From Cystobasidiomycetes sp. EMM_F5 (lineage: Eukaryota): a stretch of DNA of 64,000 bases. Shown in pieces: positions 27,302 to 40,616 of the stretch (its first letter is position 1; each line of letters begins with the position of its first letter). The DNA is taken from positions 62,001-126,000 of the forward strand of contig JBPGPT010000028.1 of the NCBI GenBank assembly GCA_051047955.1. Direction: 5' to 3'. The notes under the pieces were generated by a model, which saw only the letters and a program-made list of their open reading frames with translations, did no database searches and was not told the DNA's origin. The translations under genes were made by a program, and so were the position numbers.

Positions 27302-29900
27302 ATGAAGATTACTATTCCATCCCGGATATCAGCCCCAACAGCTCCGCCAGACGGGAGCAGTACTGCATCCGCCAGCTTGGCCGGTGAAGCTGCGTCAAAT
27401 ACGGCAGCAGGTCCATCGAGCAGCACAACAAACACAGCGACCTACGCTAAACCCATCATCAAGATCAAGTCTTCGTCTACGCCCGGGTTTGGAAACGTAA
27501 CGTCCATCAGGATTCCACCCCAGAAATCCCCAAACGTGCAGCAGGCAGCTCTGCAGCAGCCTGTAAAGGTGGAACCGCAGGACGCGCAGAGTGAAGATAC
27601 AACCAACAAACGAAAGAGAATCAACATCACGTCAAACTACACTCAATCCGCCCAATCCACGCCGTCCACTTCCTCTGCCCAACCTGCGACTTTGGCTCGT
27701 TCAGCGGTGTGTGCGATGGAGACAGCGCGACTTTCTATATACTAACAGAGCGCTCGTGTTCCATCCTCAGAACGATGCTACCCACCAAGATGGGCTGAAG
27801 CTGTACAATAAGCTTCGCGACTACAAGAAGGAGTGAGGCTGTTTGACACGGACTGCGTTTTCACTTATAGTGACTGGCTAATGCAACTCGCCTCATTCGC
27901 TCGATAGAGGCCATGTGTTGTCTACGGAATTCCTACACCTCCCGTCCCCCATGCTCTTTCCCGACTACTACCAAATCATCAAGAAGCCAATATCATTTGC
28001 CGACGTGCGCGCAAAGCTCGACAGAGGAGAGTACACGTCCGTCAAGGCCGTGCACGATGACTTCCATCAGATGTTTATCAATGCAAAACGGTATAATCAG
28101 TCGGGGAGCGACATCTTTAATGCTGCAAAGCGATTGGACGTGAGTTGGTGACGACGAGACCATGGATGTTTTCGCTGACGTTCTGTCAATCGACTTTCGG
28201 ACATAGCGGCTAGCAAAGACGACTCTGGCCAAGATGGGAGCTGGACCAGTGGGAGATGACAAATCAGATGATGATGACGATGCGGGAATGGCTGATGACA
28301 GACTGCCAACGACGGCTGCGAATACCTCGTCAAAGCCGTCGTCATTCTCCGCGCCCTCTGGAGCCACGCGCCCACCCAAGAAGAAGCAAAAGTCGAGTGC
28401 CGGAGGAGGCGGAGGTGGTGCTTCAAACGTGTCTAGACCGCCGATGCCTCCAAATGGAATGTCGCATACCGAGGCAGCCATGCAAGCGGCAAAGGAGGAG
28501 GGTAAAGCTATCACAATGACGCGCTGGCTCATCGCAAAGTTGGATGATCTCAGAAGTAAAACCGATGGCAAGTAAGTCCATGTCGAGAATAAATGTAAGG
28601 GTAATCTTCGCGAGTCACTTGCTGACTGGTCCGGGCGTCGCAGCGGAAGGTACCTCTCGGATATGTTCATGACACTGCCGCGGCAGGATCTGTACCCCGA
28701 CTACTACCAGCTTATTCAGCGACCAATAGCATTCACGATGATTAAGGTATGCTATCATACCCGAGTGAGGCCAATTCTGGCTGCTAAAAAGAGGTTCTCC
28801 AGTCGCGATTAAAGAATCGAAACTATCAAAGCATGCAAGCATTCATACAGGATGTCAATGCCGTCTTCAACAATGCGCAGTACTACAATGAGGAAGGCTC
28901 ACAAGTCTGGCAGGACGCAAGGAATCTGCAAGAGACGTTTGCGGATCTCATGAAGGAAGCTGATAATCCCCCAGAATTCTTCATGAGACCGAGAAAGATC
29001 AATGGTCCAGCTGGTGATGGCACAGATGGAGCGCCACAGAGATCAGTATCGCCAGACAAAGAGAACCAGCCATCAAGTCGCTTGCGAGCCAAAGCGGAGA
29101 ATCATCAAGGCAACCGAACAACGGATCTGGGAGGTGGCATTACTCTGTCAATGGGACCCGATGGCATCAAGAATATTGCATTCTCCGATGCCTTTGATGA
29201 CCCTGGAGCAGTCAGCAGTGGCCGACTTGGTAGTGGCCCGTCATCGGATCCAGCCGATACCACATTTTTGCGTCATTCTAGAAGCGATGATATGGCAATC
29301 GACAGCAAGCCATCCAGATTTCTGCCGCCTCCTGGAGTGGGCGATACACGCGTTCCTAGTCCAATCCCTCCGCATCTACAGCCACATCCTTCTGGGAAAC
29401 TGTCACCAGCAGCACAGATTGGGGCTACGAGCGGGACGCCTGTACCTCTTGCTGCGCCAGTCCGTACAGGACCTAAAGCCAAGATTCTGTCTCGACTGGT
29501 CAAACAGGGCCAGACATCTCTTGTAGCTCGATTCGAGGTCACACTCGCACGGCCTTCCTCGTCGCTGCAGCCCAGCATCGAGCACATACTCCCAAACACC
29601 ATAATTTGCCAGCACACCGTATCTTGTCCGCGTGACATCGAGCGCATAGACGTTGTGCCGTTCTTGACAGATTCGCAAAAAGACATCAAGCTTAACGTTA
29701 CTGTGCGGCCACATCAGATCATGACTCTTGCAGATGCGCCGACGTCGGATGACCAGCGGGCTTTGGGAGCATCAAAGACGAAATGGCATCTCAGACCAGC
29801 CGCTGGTTTACAGGTGCTCGAAATTTCAACGCCTGGCAATGAGGAGGTGTACAGACTGTTTGTACAGAAGGAGGCAGTAGCCATGAGGTTTGTCAGATAG
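27302..29900 (+). CDS. Tandem-bromodomain chromatin protein (RSC/Rsc4/polybromo-like)
   Basis: Two bromodomains: LPSPMLFPDYYQIIKKPIS...NAKRYNQSGSDIF and LPRQDLYPDYYQLIQRPI...NAQYYNEEGSQVW. Confidence 0.85.
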
Positions 29901-30011
29901 CAATGATAGTGTCAGTATAGGTCAAGTCTGCCAAGCGCAACACATCTCTGCGTCCTGCCTGCGGTATCCTGGATCCACGAAGAATGCTACATGATTAACA
30001 ATCGCTACAAC

Positions 30012-31711
30012 TCATGTTCGCACCACTAGCAACGCTTCAGGCCAGATGCCGAGTGGTTCATCGTATAATTTCAGCGATACCTTGATGCCGTCTCTGATGA
30101 AGAATGGTGCAGCGGGATCGCCGTCATTGACATCGTCGTGCCAAGCATAATGGTCCGACCTGATCAATTCGCGGTGGACACTGCGAAGACGATTCTGCAC
30201 GGCAATTTGTCGGAGACTTGGACTGGTATGCTTGACAATGTCAAGCATTGATTCTAACGGAAATTTCAAGGCAACAGTGGCTTGGGCCACAATGTGCAGT
30301 GAACGCAATCTGACAAGATTAGTCAGACAGAAGCGAAAGTCGTCCTGTGACGATGAGAGGGTCAGAAGCGGCGCATTATCCTGGACTATACCAGAACCTT
30401 ACCATGTCTGTACTTCTAATTGGTATGACGAGTTGTTCAATGTTCCTGCAGCCTAGACAGAGCTGCTGTGTGCTAGAAAACGACATAGATAGGCCAGAAA
30501 TTTCGAAGCGGATGAGCTTTCGCCCCGTGTGCTTTACTAATTCCGTCACGAAGTCCGGATCAACCTGCGGGTGTATCCCTCGCTCGGCATCTCCACTCAA
30601 GTAGTGAGTAAAGCTCTCGAAGTCGCTACATGATTGGACAAGGAGCGTCAAACCATCATAGTATTCCTTGATACTTGGCGTCCGCCGTCCAGGATGATTC
30701 GTACGGAGACTCTTGACTGCAGGTAGCACTTTAGCTGCATCCCTCCAGAAGTTATGACTGATATTCATGCCTTCGAGTGATAGGTGCGTGAGTTGCCCGC
30801 ATGACTTGATGGCATGCAACACATCCTCGTCCCGTATCTTTGCGCAGCCATGCAGAGTCAGAGAGGTGACAGATGACAGACCTTTCGAGATGTCCTTCAG
30901 TGTTGTCGAATTGACGACCGTAGAGTTGCGGCAGATGATGCTCAGGTTGCGTAGAGAGCGTTGATTCTGCTCGTCTAGTCTCGTCAGCCATTGCGGCAAC
31001 GAGTATGCCACGATTTCCCTGTCTGGAAGCAGCAGAGACAGGCGTCGTAGTTGAATCGGAAGTCGAGTCAGCTGCTCGGGGTGCCATTCGTCTCCAGGCG
31101 TCGCGTTGAGTTCCAACCGCAGCAAGCGGGGAAGGACGCAGATAGCGTCTAAAACTTCTGGCCGCAGACTTCCTTTTCTCGTCCAGGACAGACTCTGTAG
31201 ATTACTGGTATGCCGCAGGGTCTGGAGCACCTGCTTGTGCATTTCGTCCATACGCCCTGTATCCGCCAATGGAAATACACGAACTTCGAGCTCCTTTACG
31301 AATGAGCATAGTTCCGGGCTATTCGACAAGGCGCGGAATGCTTGTGCCATCCTTTCCGAGTCTCTCGACCTCACCCACTCCCATAGCAGCTGTTATTTGT
31401 AGATGAATTTGTGGAGAAACGTTAGGCATGGTATGAGAGACGAGCTTGACTATCAGCTTTCTTCCGGTAATCCAAGTCACGGCCAAGCTCCTCACCGGTC
31501 TTGACGCATTCGCCCAGCTCTTGCAGACCAAAGACGTCCTGGCGAGGTCATTTTGGCGATATCGCAATGGTCGGAGAAGCTCTGGCAATAGCTCGACGGG
31601 GAGGTTTGCAAAAGCTGGCATGGCTGAGAACGCATGGATGTCAGAAGCAGTAGCAGCAGCATTCATGGCGGCATCAGACTCGAGGGCAGCAAGGAAGGAG
31701 TGGCTCGACAT
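30012..31711 (-). CDS. F-box / RNI-like leucine-rich repeat protein
   Basis: LPVELLPELL...LARTSLVCKSW F-box followed by LxxLxL repeats (LQSLSW, LRRLSL, LRNLSI, VTSLTLHGC, LTHLSLEG). The start may instead be ATG 31621. Confidence 0.8.
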
Positions 31712-32117
31712 GAACGAAAGAAACAGGATATCGCAAACTTGATTCTAGATATTCAAAGCTTTCCTGGCATTCTACGAGTCCAATACCAGTATACTAACCT
31801 AACTACTGATATTGCTAATAATCTCCCTTCCGCCGAGCTCGACGCTCTCAAACGATTGTTTTGACCTGCCTCTTTACGCGGTACCTCGCTCCCCCTCGAC
31901 GATTAGGGCTGACCTTGGTGTTGATTCGCTCGCCAACTAATAACATCCTGCCATTCTGTTTCTTCAGCTATATTATTGTGAGCGGCGCGCTGCTCGCTGG
32001 TCGACTCCTTCGCTCGCACTTGTCTGTTGTTTCTTGGCAGTCTATCGGACACGGCACTCGCTCCTTCGATACTAGACTGGCCCATTCCGCAGCCGTCCAC
32101 CCAGCTACCTACTCAGC

Positions 32118-32508
32118 ATGCCTCATGTCAGTGACGGAGTCAAGTTGTGGACCCACATCCTCTGCATCCTCCTAGTATGCTTGACGGCCATGCACACTGT
32201 CATGGCACTCCCCCTGTCGTCGGCACAGAAGGTGTCAGTTCTCGAACAACGCAGTCTCAAGGCACTCGGCGATAGTGATGACAAGATATGGTCTCCACAA
32301 GCTCGAGCTGGACGGTCCATCGTAGGATTACAGGGTGCGTTGACGTCCTTTACATGTAATTCAGTCATGCTAAAGGTCCTGGCCCTTGGTAGGCTTGCGC
32401 AAGGCTGTCGTTGTTATTCCGCCTCCACTCTTCGAAGGCAAAAAGTCGAAAAGGCAGCTGAGTCTGTTTGAGGAGTCGCTTGCCGAGCTTGAGGCATTGT
32501 CGGAATAA
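32118..32508 (+). CDS. Small putative secreted protein (about 110 aa, 2 exons)
   Basis: Hydrophobic signal-like segment (LWTHILCILLVCLTAMHTVMA/LP). Intron 32335-32392 joins to ...GKKSKRQLSLFEESLAELEALSE*. Confidence 0.55.
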
Positions 32509-32843
32509 TTGGGTACGCCGCTGCGCATGACTTTTCAGTATGCAATAGCTGCTGACCTGGAATGATATTGCTCTATATCAAATGTCGCCAGCGCTTCCTC
32601 TTGGTTCAGCCTTCGCGTCTTCTTCGTCATCGCACTCATTTGCACATTTCGAGATTCGCATGCTTCTCCTTTCTGGCCATTTCAATCTTGATTTTCTCAC
32701 TTATAGACCAATCAAGTACAGGGTCCTGCTGTCGCGTTCGTTTAGCAGATCATTTAGCCGTGTTGTATATTTGATCCAACTTCGTCGGCTTTCACGTATG
32801 TACCTCACCGACTTGACCCAGCCTGCCTTTTGCTCCCCACATC

Positions 32844-34985
32844 ATGTCGGCCATGGTCGTCAATGCCATGCCAGAGCGCGGTGAGTTGGCAGGATCCAAG
32901 CGAGATTGTCAGCTAGAGTCTGGCTGTTTGTATACTGATTGCTCTGAAATTATGCTGGATTGCAAACAGAAACCGGGCGGAAAGCTCAGGGTGCGCTCGA
33001 TACAGCCAGCAGGATGACTATGGTTCTGACAATGGCTTGTATTGTCCGCAGTCGCAAACATCACGGCCGCAAAGACTGTCGCCGGTATGGATATATTGTC
33101 CAATAGTCATTTATCGACAAGTATCCAAGCTGATGTGCCTTGAAAACGCGCAGATGTCATACGAACATGCCTCGGACCAAGAGCTATGCTCAAGATGATG
33201 TGGGCGGCATGATTATATTGGAAAATCTGGCTGAATGCTGACAGACGTCAAATCGTCGACAGCTTGGATCCAATGGGCGGAATATTGTAGGCAGGACAAC
33301 GTAGGACAAGCGATGGCAGCCTAACCCTACTACGAACAGACTCACAAACGACGGCAATGCTATTCTTCGCGAAATCGAAGTCGCACATCCTGCAGCAAAG
33401 TCTATGATTGAATTGTCTAGGACGCAAGATGAAGAGGTGGGCGATGGCACAACAAGTGTGATCATTCTGGGTGCGTCACCAAGTAACATTGAACAAGAGT
33501 CGCCTGCTAATTCTGTGCTGAAGCCGGAGAAATACTGGCTCACGCATTGCCTCACCTCGAGCGAAATATACATCCCGTCGTCATCATTTCCGCATACAAG
33601 CGCGCATTGACGGAAGCGCTGAGCATAATCGACAGCATATCAGTGCCCGTCGACCCTAGTAACGATGAAGAAATGCTACAACTTGTAAAGACAAGCATTG
33701 GTACAAAATTCGTCAGCAGGTGGTCCGACCTTATGTGTCGGCTGGCATTGAAAGCTGTAAGGACAGTAGCGAGAGCGGACGAGTCTGTAGACGTGATCGG
33801 GGCCAGTGAGACGAGGGTCGAAGTCGACCTGAAACGCAATGCACGCGTGGAAAAGATTCCTGGAGGGGAGATTGAAGAATCGTGTGTACTGGACGGCGTC
33901 ATGCTCAACAAAGATATCACACATCCCAAGATGCGTCGGCGGATCGAGAACCCCCGGATCGTCCTGCTCGATTGTCCGCTAGAGTACAAGAAGGGAGAGT
34001 CACAAACAAACATTGAAATTCAGAAGGAAGCCGATTGGAATCGTCTGTTGGAGATTGAGGAAGAGCAAATCAAGCACATGTGCGAGAAGATTATTGAATT
34101 CAAACCCGATCTCGTCTTTACGGAAAAGGGTGTATCCGATCTAGCGCAACACTACTTCATCAAAGCCAACATTACCGCCATTCGACGGGTTCGCAAATCA
34201 GACAACAACAGAATAGCACTGGCGACTGGAGCTACAATCGTTAACCGCGTCGACGATCTGCGAGATAGCGACATTGGAACGCAGTGTGGCCTATTTGAGA
34301 TACAGAAACTTGGCGATGACTACTTTACTTTCCTGACGAAATGCAAGAATCCAAAAGCATGTACCATCCTCCTCCGTGGGCCTAGCAAAGACATCATCAA
34401 CGAGATTGACAGAAATCTCGCAGACGCCATGTGCGTTGCGCGGAATGTCGTATACGATCCTCGACTCGCACCCGGAGGTGGTGCGACAGAGATGGCCATC
34501 AGTGTTGGATTGGCCAAGAAGGCAAAGACGATTGAAGGCGTGCAGGGATACCCATTCCGTGCTGTTGGGGAAGCTATGGAAGTTATCCCAAGAACGTTGG
34601 TGCAGAATGCCGGAGGCAACGCGATAAGGACTCTGACTGCACTCAGGGTGAGCTGCTTCTGAACGAATAAGCTGCTCTGAAAGCGACTGACAATTTTTAT
34701 AGGCGAAACACGCAGAGGGCTTATACTCGTTCGGTGTTGATGGCGATACTGGCAAAGTCGTTGACATGAAGACGTACGGGCTGTACGAGTCCGCAGCTGT
34801 CAAAGTGCAGACTCTGAAGACTGCCATCGAGGTTCGTTTCGCTGCACATCATGAGCGCATGTGAGACTGAATACCCTCTCAAACAGTCTGCATGCTTGTT
34901 GCTACGCATCGATGACATTGTCAGTTCGAAAAAGCAGGCTTCCAGCAGTCAGGGTCAGCAGCAGATGGAGGACGGTCCTGAATGA
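32844..34985 (+). CDS. CCT3: Chaperonin CCT/TRiC subunit gamma
   Basis: [59 protein letters not shown]. Confidence 0.97.
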
Positions 34986-35132
34986 ATTCTAGATTGAGTG
35001 GGACATGGATTGACAGTTTGTTTGGCAGCGGCGGTAGCAGTTGCATAGTCTCACACACTTAGGTGATGCAAAAGACGTCGACAGCATTCGTTGAACTGCG
35101 TGTTGACACTACAATGACAAAATGTCTGCTCA

Positions 35133-36458
35133 TCAGCCGCGCGACTTTTCTGCGCCTCTCGGTCTCTGTCTGATGACCATCGTATTGCCTCGCGGTCCCT
35201 TCGCGCAAATCTGGCGTCAGCTGGCTGGAATATGGCTGCAGGAGGGCAATAGAAGCTTACTGGGCGTCTAGTACGCTTGCCCTTTGTCTTGATACCCTGA
35301 GGTGTCCGAGGATGCTTGCCACCCTTGGATTTACCTCGTCCACCACCATGAGGGTGGTCGGTGCTGTTTAGTTGAGCATGTCAGCCTGCAGACTGAATAA
35401 GGCGAGGAAGGAGAAGGGAGGACTCACGCATTCATAGCTACACCTCTCACCCTGGGCTTGCGACCCAGCCATCGATTTCTTCCAGCTTTGCCAATTACTT
35501 CATTCTGATGATCGCGGTTACTGACAGATCCAATGACGGCCGTACATTGGTGATGCAATTTTCTGACTTCACCGCTCTGCAGCTGTACTTGGGCGTACGT
35601 GTCTCCCTTTGAGCCTGCAGCTGTCGCGGCTATAACCTTGCCCGACGTGCCTGCGGATCTGCACAGCGAGGCCTTTCCGTTTGGCCTTGTTGATATGCAG
35701 TGGATTGTCGTTCCTACAGGTACCAGATGCAACGGGAGCTGATTTCCCGTACGGACCATCGTAGCTCGTAACAGAGACATTGTGAGGGACTCAGGCTGAT
35801 CGGAATTGGTTACTGGATTCGTAACAGTTTGCGGAGCATTCGGATCTGTCGATATTGGCAAACTACCGCTTGACGAATTCGTCTTGGGAACGCCTTTCGG
35901 CCAGCTCTGCACCTTGTCCCCCGCACGAAGACCATCGGGAGCGAGGATGTAGGAGAAGTCCTGAGTCTCGGAGTGCTTGATGAGTGCGATATGGGCCGAG
36001 CGACCTGGATCATACTCGATCCGCTCTACAATCTGCTCGCCCTCAGTCTGACGGCGAAAGTCAACGAGGCGTATTCTCCGCTTGTGACCTCCACCTCGAA
36101 ACCTCGTAGCAATGTGCCCAGTATTGTCGCGGCCGCCAGTCGCACGCTTTGCGACAGTCAAAGGCCGGTATGGTTTGCCCTTGTGCAGGTGGGAATGGAC
36201 GACCTGGCGGACGTGACGGAGCCCTGGAGTGAGCGGCTGGAAGGTTCTGAATACTGTAGCCGTGCCAGACGTCGACTCTGCTGACCCGCCAGCCTTGGAC
36301 GTCGTCGTGGCAGCATCGCTTCGAATATTCAGCGGGACTCTGGCTGCGCTGGTTGCGCCAGTCCGCACTTGCTGCAGCGAGGCTGACACTGCTGGACGGC
36401 ATGCCAGCACTGACGCTGCGGCCAGTCGCATACTGCTGCCGCATGTGCAGGCTTGCAT
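35133..36458 (-). CDS. RML2: Mitochondrial ribosomal protein uL2m
   Basis: [66 protein letters not shown]. Presequence-like N-terminus. Confidence 0.95.
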
Positions 36459-36754
36459 GGTTTCAACAGGATTGGCGAGATTGAAAGCTGCAAAGACTTA
36501 CAATATCGAGAACCGGGTTCAGAAGGGCAAGGTCAAGCGCTGTTAGCACTGCTCAACTTCAACAGAACGCTCTCAGTCATTCACGCGGCTCTGAGAATAT
36601 GCGTTACTCGTGCTTAAAAACTATCAACGGCCGACCACTCAGGTGACTGATGTGCGACACTTTGTTACAGTATTGGCTGGAACGACTCGTGTATACAGAT
36701 GTCGGATCAGAACTGCTCTCCGCGCTGACCTTCGTTTGACCGAAGCGACAGTTT

Positions 36755-37435
36755 TCAGAGTCCTCTGGCACCAAAACCAGACGCATGAGTACCAGACTGC
36801 TTGGCTCGCTGCTCCAACTCGTGCTGCAGCTTGTTGGTGACACTGTCTCCTCCGGATCCGGTCGATCCCTGCTGGCCCATCAGACCAGAGTGCGAGGTGG
36901 TGGTATTTCCAGAATGAGATCCGAGGGCAGCTGCACCAAGGCCTGCGGCACCAGCCGTGCCAACAGCAGCAGCTCCTCCAGCATTACCATATCCACTTCG
37001 GCCGCTTGCCTGCTGATCAAGGTAGACATCGCGATTTCCTCCATGATGAGGGATGGCCGATCCAACGTTGACATTGCCAGCGCTACTGCCAGTGTTTGCT
37101 CCGAGACCAGCAGCCTGGATCAAATGACGCACATCAGTGACGAGTGCTGATCATCACAATTGCTACGCCTTACATGATGGGTGCCCGATCCAATACCGGT
37201 GTCGCGGGTATTGTACTGGCTATTCAGTCCAGATGAGTGCGACTGACCAGACAAACCGGAGGCTACAAACAGCACGGTAAGCATGTGTGAGGGGTGGACT
37301 TGGTTTATTGATGCCACACTTACTGTAGTTACCGGTCTGGCCCGAAGACGATCCAGACTGGTTTATGGATTGGTAAGAACCAGCGTTCGAGCTCTGGGAG
37401 CCAGCCGTAGAGCGCGACGGGTCACTGTGTGACAT
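36755..37435 (-). CDS. Gly/Ser-rich hydrophilin-like hypothetical protein
   Basis: Three low-complexity exons (MSHSDPSRSTAGSQ.., GLSGQSHSSG..TGIGSGTHH, AAGLGANTG...) linked by GT-AG introns. The 3' end is uncertain. Confidence 0.55.
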
Positions 37436-37759
37436 TTCTGCAACCTCGACAATCTGTTCCCGCTGCTCTGCGCTCAGATGGTGTGACGGAGCAGTAAAGT
37501 TTGGCGCGTCAATGGGCGCTGGCTTGTACGACGACGGGATGTTTGAATTGTGAGTCATGTTGGATTGACTGGATGTTATTAGCAGAAGTTACTGTGCAGA
37601 AGCAAGCCGTGTTCACGTTCGTATTCAGCCAAATTATCCAAAATGTCCGTCAGATCGACAAAATCAGACTTTCGGTGACGCGGATTGTCGACCAATGATG
37701 TCATTGCAGGAAAACGCGTCGGCTGAAAATAAACAACGCGTAAAAGTGGAGACAGGCAA

Positions 37760-38936
37760 TCACACGAACGCGCAAGGGATGCTACAAGAGTCAAGTCGAA
37801 AATGAGCCGGCTGCTGTCGAGCGGATGGCGTAAAACTCACACTAGAACGCTGCGCTTGCCGTCAAAGCGTGGAGCCCATGGCGAGCCGACTTTACGGGGT
37901 CTCAAGCTGCCCTGTAGTGTGAAGCAGGGCGGCACGGCTTGTATGTGAACGCCGTTAATCCTGTCCAGATCTATATTGTGCGCATCGAAAGCTAGCGTTT
38001 CATTGGGATAAGCCGAAATGAGGTGATGTCCAGTAAGCTTCAGTACCACACGTTCAGCTTGATCCTTCACATATCTCGAGGGATAATCATCAACTCACAG
38101 CACAGCATTCTGCTGTCGTCCGCTTAGTCCAAGCGATGTCGAGTGGCGACTGCCCTGTAAATTGAGGTATACTTGAATGTGAAGGATGGTAATAGCCTCC
38201 ACCGCCCGTAGCGCTCGGTGCCATGCATCCACGGATGCGGATGCGTAAACTTTGCCGACAGCCACCAGTACCACCGATGTGCTTCTCCCAAATCTGGCTC
38301 GGATCATCGTGGTTTACCTTGTCAACAGATGCAATCAGTGTGTTGTAATACGCATATTCTTGCTTAAGACTCACATTGACAGCGGTAGCTAACTCAAAAC
38401 CCTGCTCGACAAAGAATTCTGTGAAGAAGCACCCTGTACCAGTCTGAACAGCGATACACAATTCATTCTGAGCCGCGGAATTGCTTGAGAAGTGCCGTAG
38501 CAGAGCACTAGTGATCACGCTGCCGTGAGCGACCGCAGAATAAGTTGACAATAGGCGGACAAAAGCTCTGGAGAATGGTATTCGGTTTGATGCGTTTTCT
38601 GTGGGAGGCAACAACGCACGGTACACTCTCCACAAATGGCGATAGGTGGCATTGCACAGCATTCGAGATGACCTTCAAGACATTCTTGCGCAGAAATCGA
38701 CTCGCTTGTCCGAGGCGCAACAGCTGAAGAGAGGTGCCATCGTAAATCTGCGCTTCTCGACAATGCCTCCGCAAGCTTACCTCCTTTGTGCTCATAAAGT
38801 CAAATACATTATCCAGCAGCTTGTGCGTGATGAGTTTCTCAAAGCCGACGCGGAATCCATTGGGATCCGTCACCACGCTGAAATAGTCGCTCTGCCATTC
38901 TGGCATTGTTTTCCGAACGTGCTTGCTTTCTGACAT
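37760..38936 (-). CDS. Hypothetical protein paralogue A: F-box-like helix plus degenerate nucleotidyltransferase-like region
   Basis: Spliced: PEWQSDYFSVVTDPNGFRVGFEKL..LLDNVFDFMSTKELLRLGQASRFLR..LSTYSAVAHGSVIT..ELCIAV..SPLDIAW..ISAYPNETL..RKVGSPWA. Colinear with paralogue B, with shared intron positions. Confidence 0.75.
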
Positions 38937-39034
38937 TGTGTCGTCGCGAAGGGAACGAGCACATGCTTTGACAGCTTCAGTGGCAAAGTTCAGATGGTAG
39001 CGTCCGGCCGCGAGAAACCTTTGTCCAACGCATG

Positions 39035-40466
39035 TCATAAGCAGGACTTGCTGTGGAGTGCATTCGCGAGAGCCCGAGTAAACAAGAACTCGAGTAAACC
39101 GGAGCTCATTGGAAAGATGGGTATAGGCTCGATGCAGTGCCGCGCGTGTATCGGAACTGCCGCCCACACGTTTCGATAATCGTGTTGTAGGCCTTCCGCT
39201 CGAAGGAATGCTTCAAAACAGCTTGCAAGGCAATCCATCATAATCAGGCATCTCTGTAAGCTCTGGACTCAACCAAGGCGTTGTAGCGCGACTTACACGA
39301 GCACATCCCGCTTTTCATTTGGCCCGCGTCCAGCCCAGGGCGAGCCGACCTTGCGTTTGCGATGGCCCTGGCGGGGGCGAAAACCAACCAGAATCGGCGC
39401 TTCAACAGCCCCTGGCTGCCCAGTCGGGCCAATAGCATAGGAGCGCAGGGTCAATGTCTCGTTTGGATAAGCACATATGATATGATGCGCGGAGAGCTTT
39501 GTCGGAGATGAATTAGTAGGAGCGCGTAGTTTCGAAGAGAAAGCACAGCGAGACTGACTGCGGTACAGTAATCGGTCCTAGACCGCTGCCAAGCGATGTC
39601 AAGCGGAGTCTCGCCATACACTAGCAATGTATCGTTGCCGCCCAGTTGCTGTTGCGGGAGATTGCAAGGTTTGATCAGGATAGACCGTACTTCACCATCC
39701 GATCCGACTCGTTTAAGGACGTGATTTTCCACGCCGACATTCTGGGGACAGAATCGACGCTCAGCTGATCAAAACCTGACTGTTATGCAGGGGAAGACGT
39801 GGCACATTCGTGAAGCCTTGTTTGACGAAAAACTCGATGAAATAGCTTGCTGTGCCGTTATGCACCGCGATACACAACTCTGGCCAGCCATGCAAATCTG
39901 TGGAGTATGTGTGCGATGCTCGTTTTGTATGATTGTTTGGGCGGCTGTAGAGCAGTCCATAAGTAATGACTGGGCCGTGAGCTAGGGCCGAGTAGGTCGA
40001 CAGTAACAGCATGAATGCGCTTCGATACCGGTAGACATGACTGTGTCAGATACAAAATACGCATAGCCCTGCTTATGGATGCGGGCTCACGCGGTATCGT
40101 CCATGTACACCGACAATCGGACGCGCATTGAGCGAGCAACATCTTCGAGTACCTGTGCGCGAAGGAAACGGCTCGCTTGTCCAAGAACGAGGAGCTGTGG
40201 GTTGGATGGGGTTAGATAACAAGTGAGATCTCTGTAACTCAGCTTGCAAGTCCACCCACGTCTTTTGTGCGCATATGCCTAAAGACACTGGTCAACAGCC
40301 TGTGCTTTACCAGTTTCTCGAATCCAACCCGGAAGCCATTGGGATCAGTGCGGACTGTGAATATCTCGCTCTGCCATTCTGGCTTGGACTCTCGCTTCCG
40401 TTTCCTGGCGGCTGCAGAGCTGAGACTGCCGGTGAAGCTGTGGTCGACGGAACGGCTGTCGTCCAT
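39035..40466 (-). CDS. Hypothetical protein paralogue B, same family as 37760-38936
   Basis: PEWQSEIFTVRTDPNGFRVGFEKL..LLVLGQASRFLR..LSTYSALAHGPVIT..ELCIAV..TPLDIAW..ICAYPNETL..RKVGSPWA. Confidence 0.75.
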
Positions 40467-40616
40467 GCTGGCTGATCAGTCCGCAGAGAGGTTCTTTGAT
40501 GGCTCAGAGTTGGCACAAGGATGTCTAGATATCCAAGCACTTGGAAGTGGTCAATATTGATCAGAAATATCGACGCGTAAATGTTTGTTGATGTTTACAT
40601 TTGCAACGACTGAACC

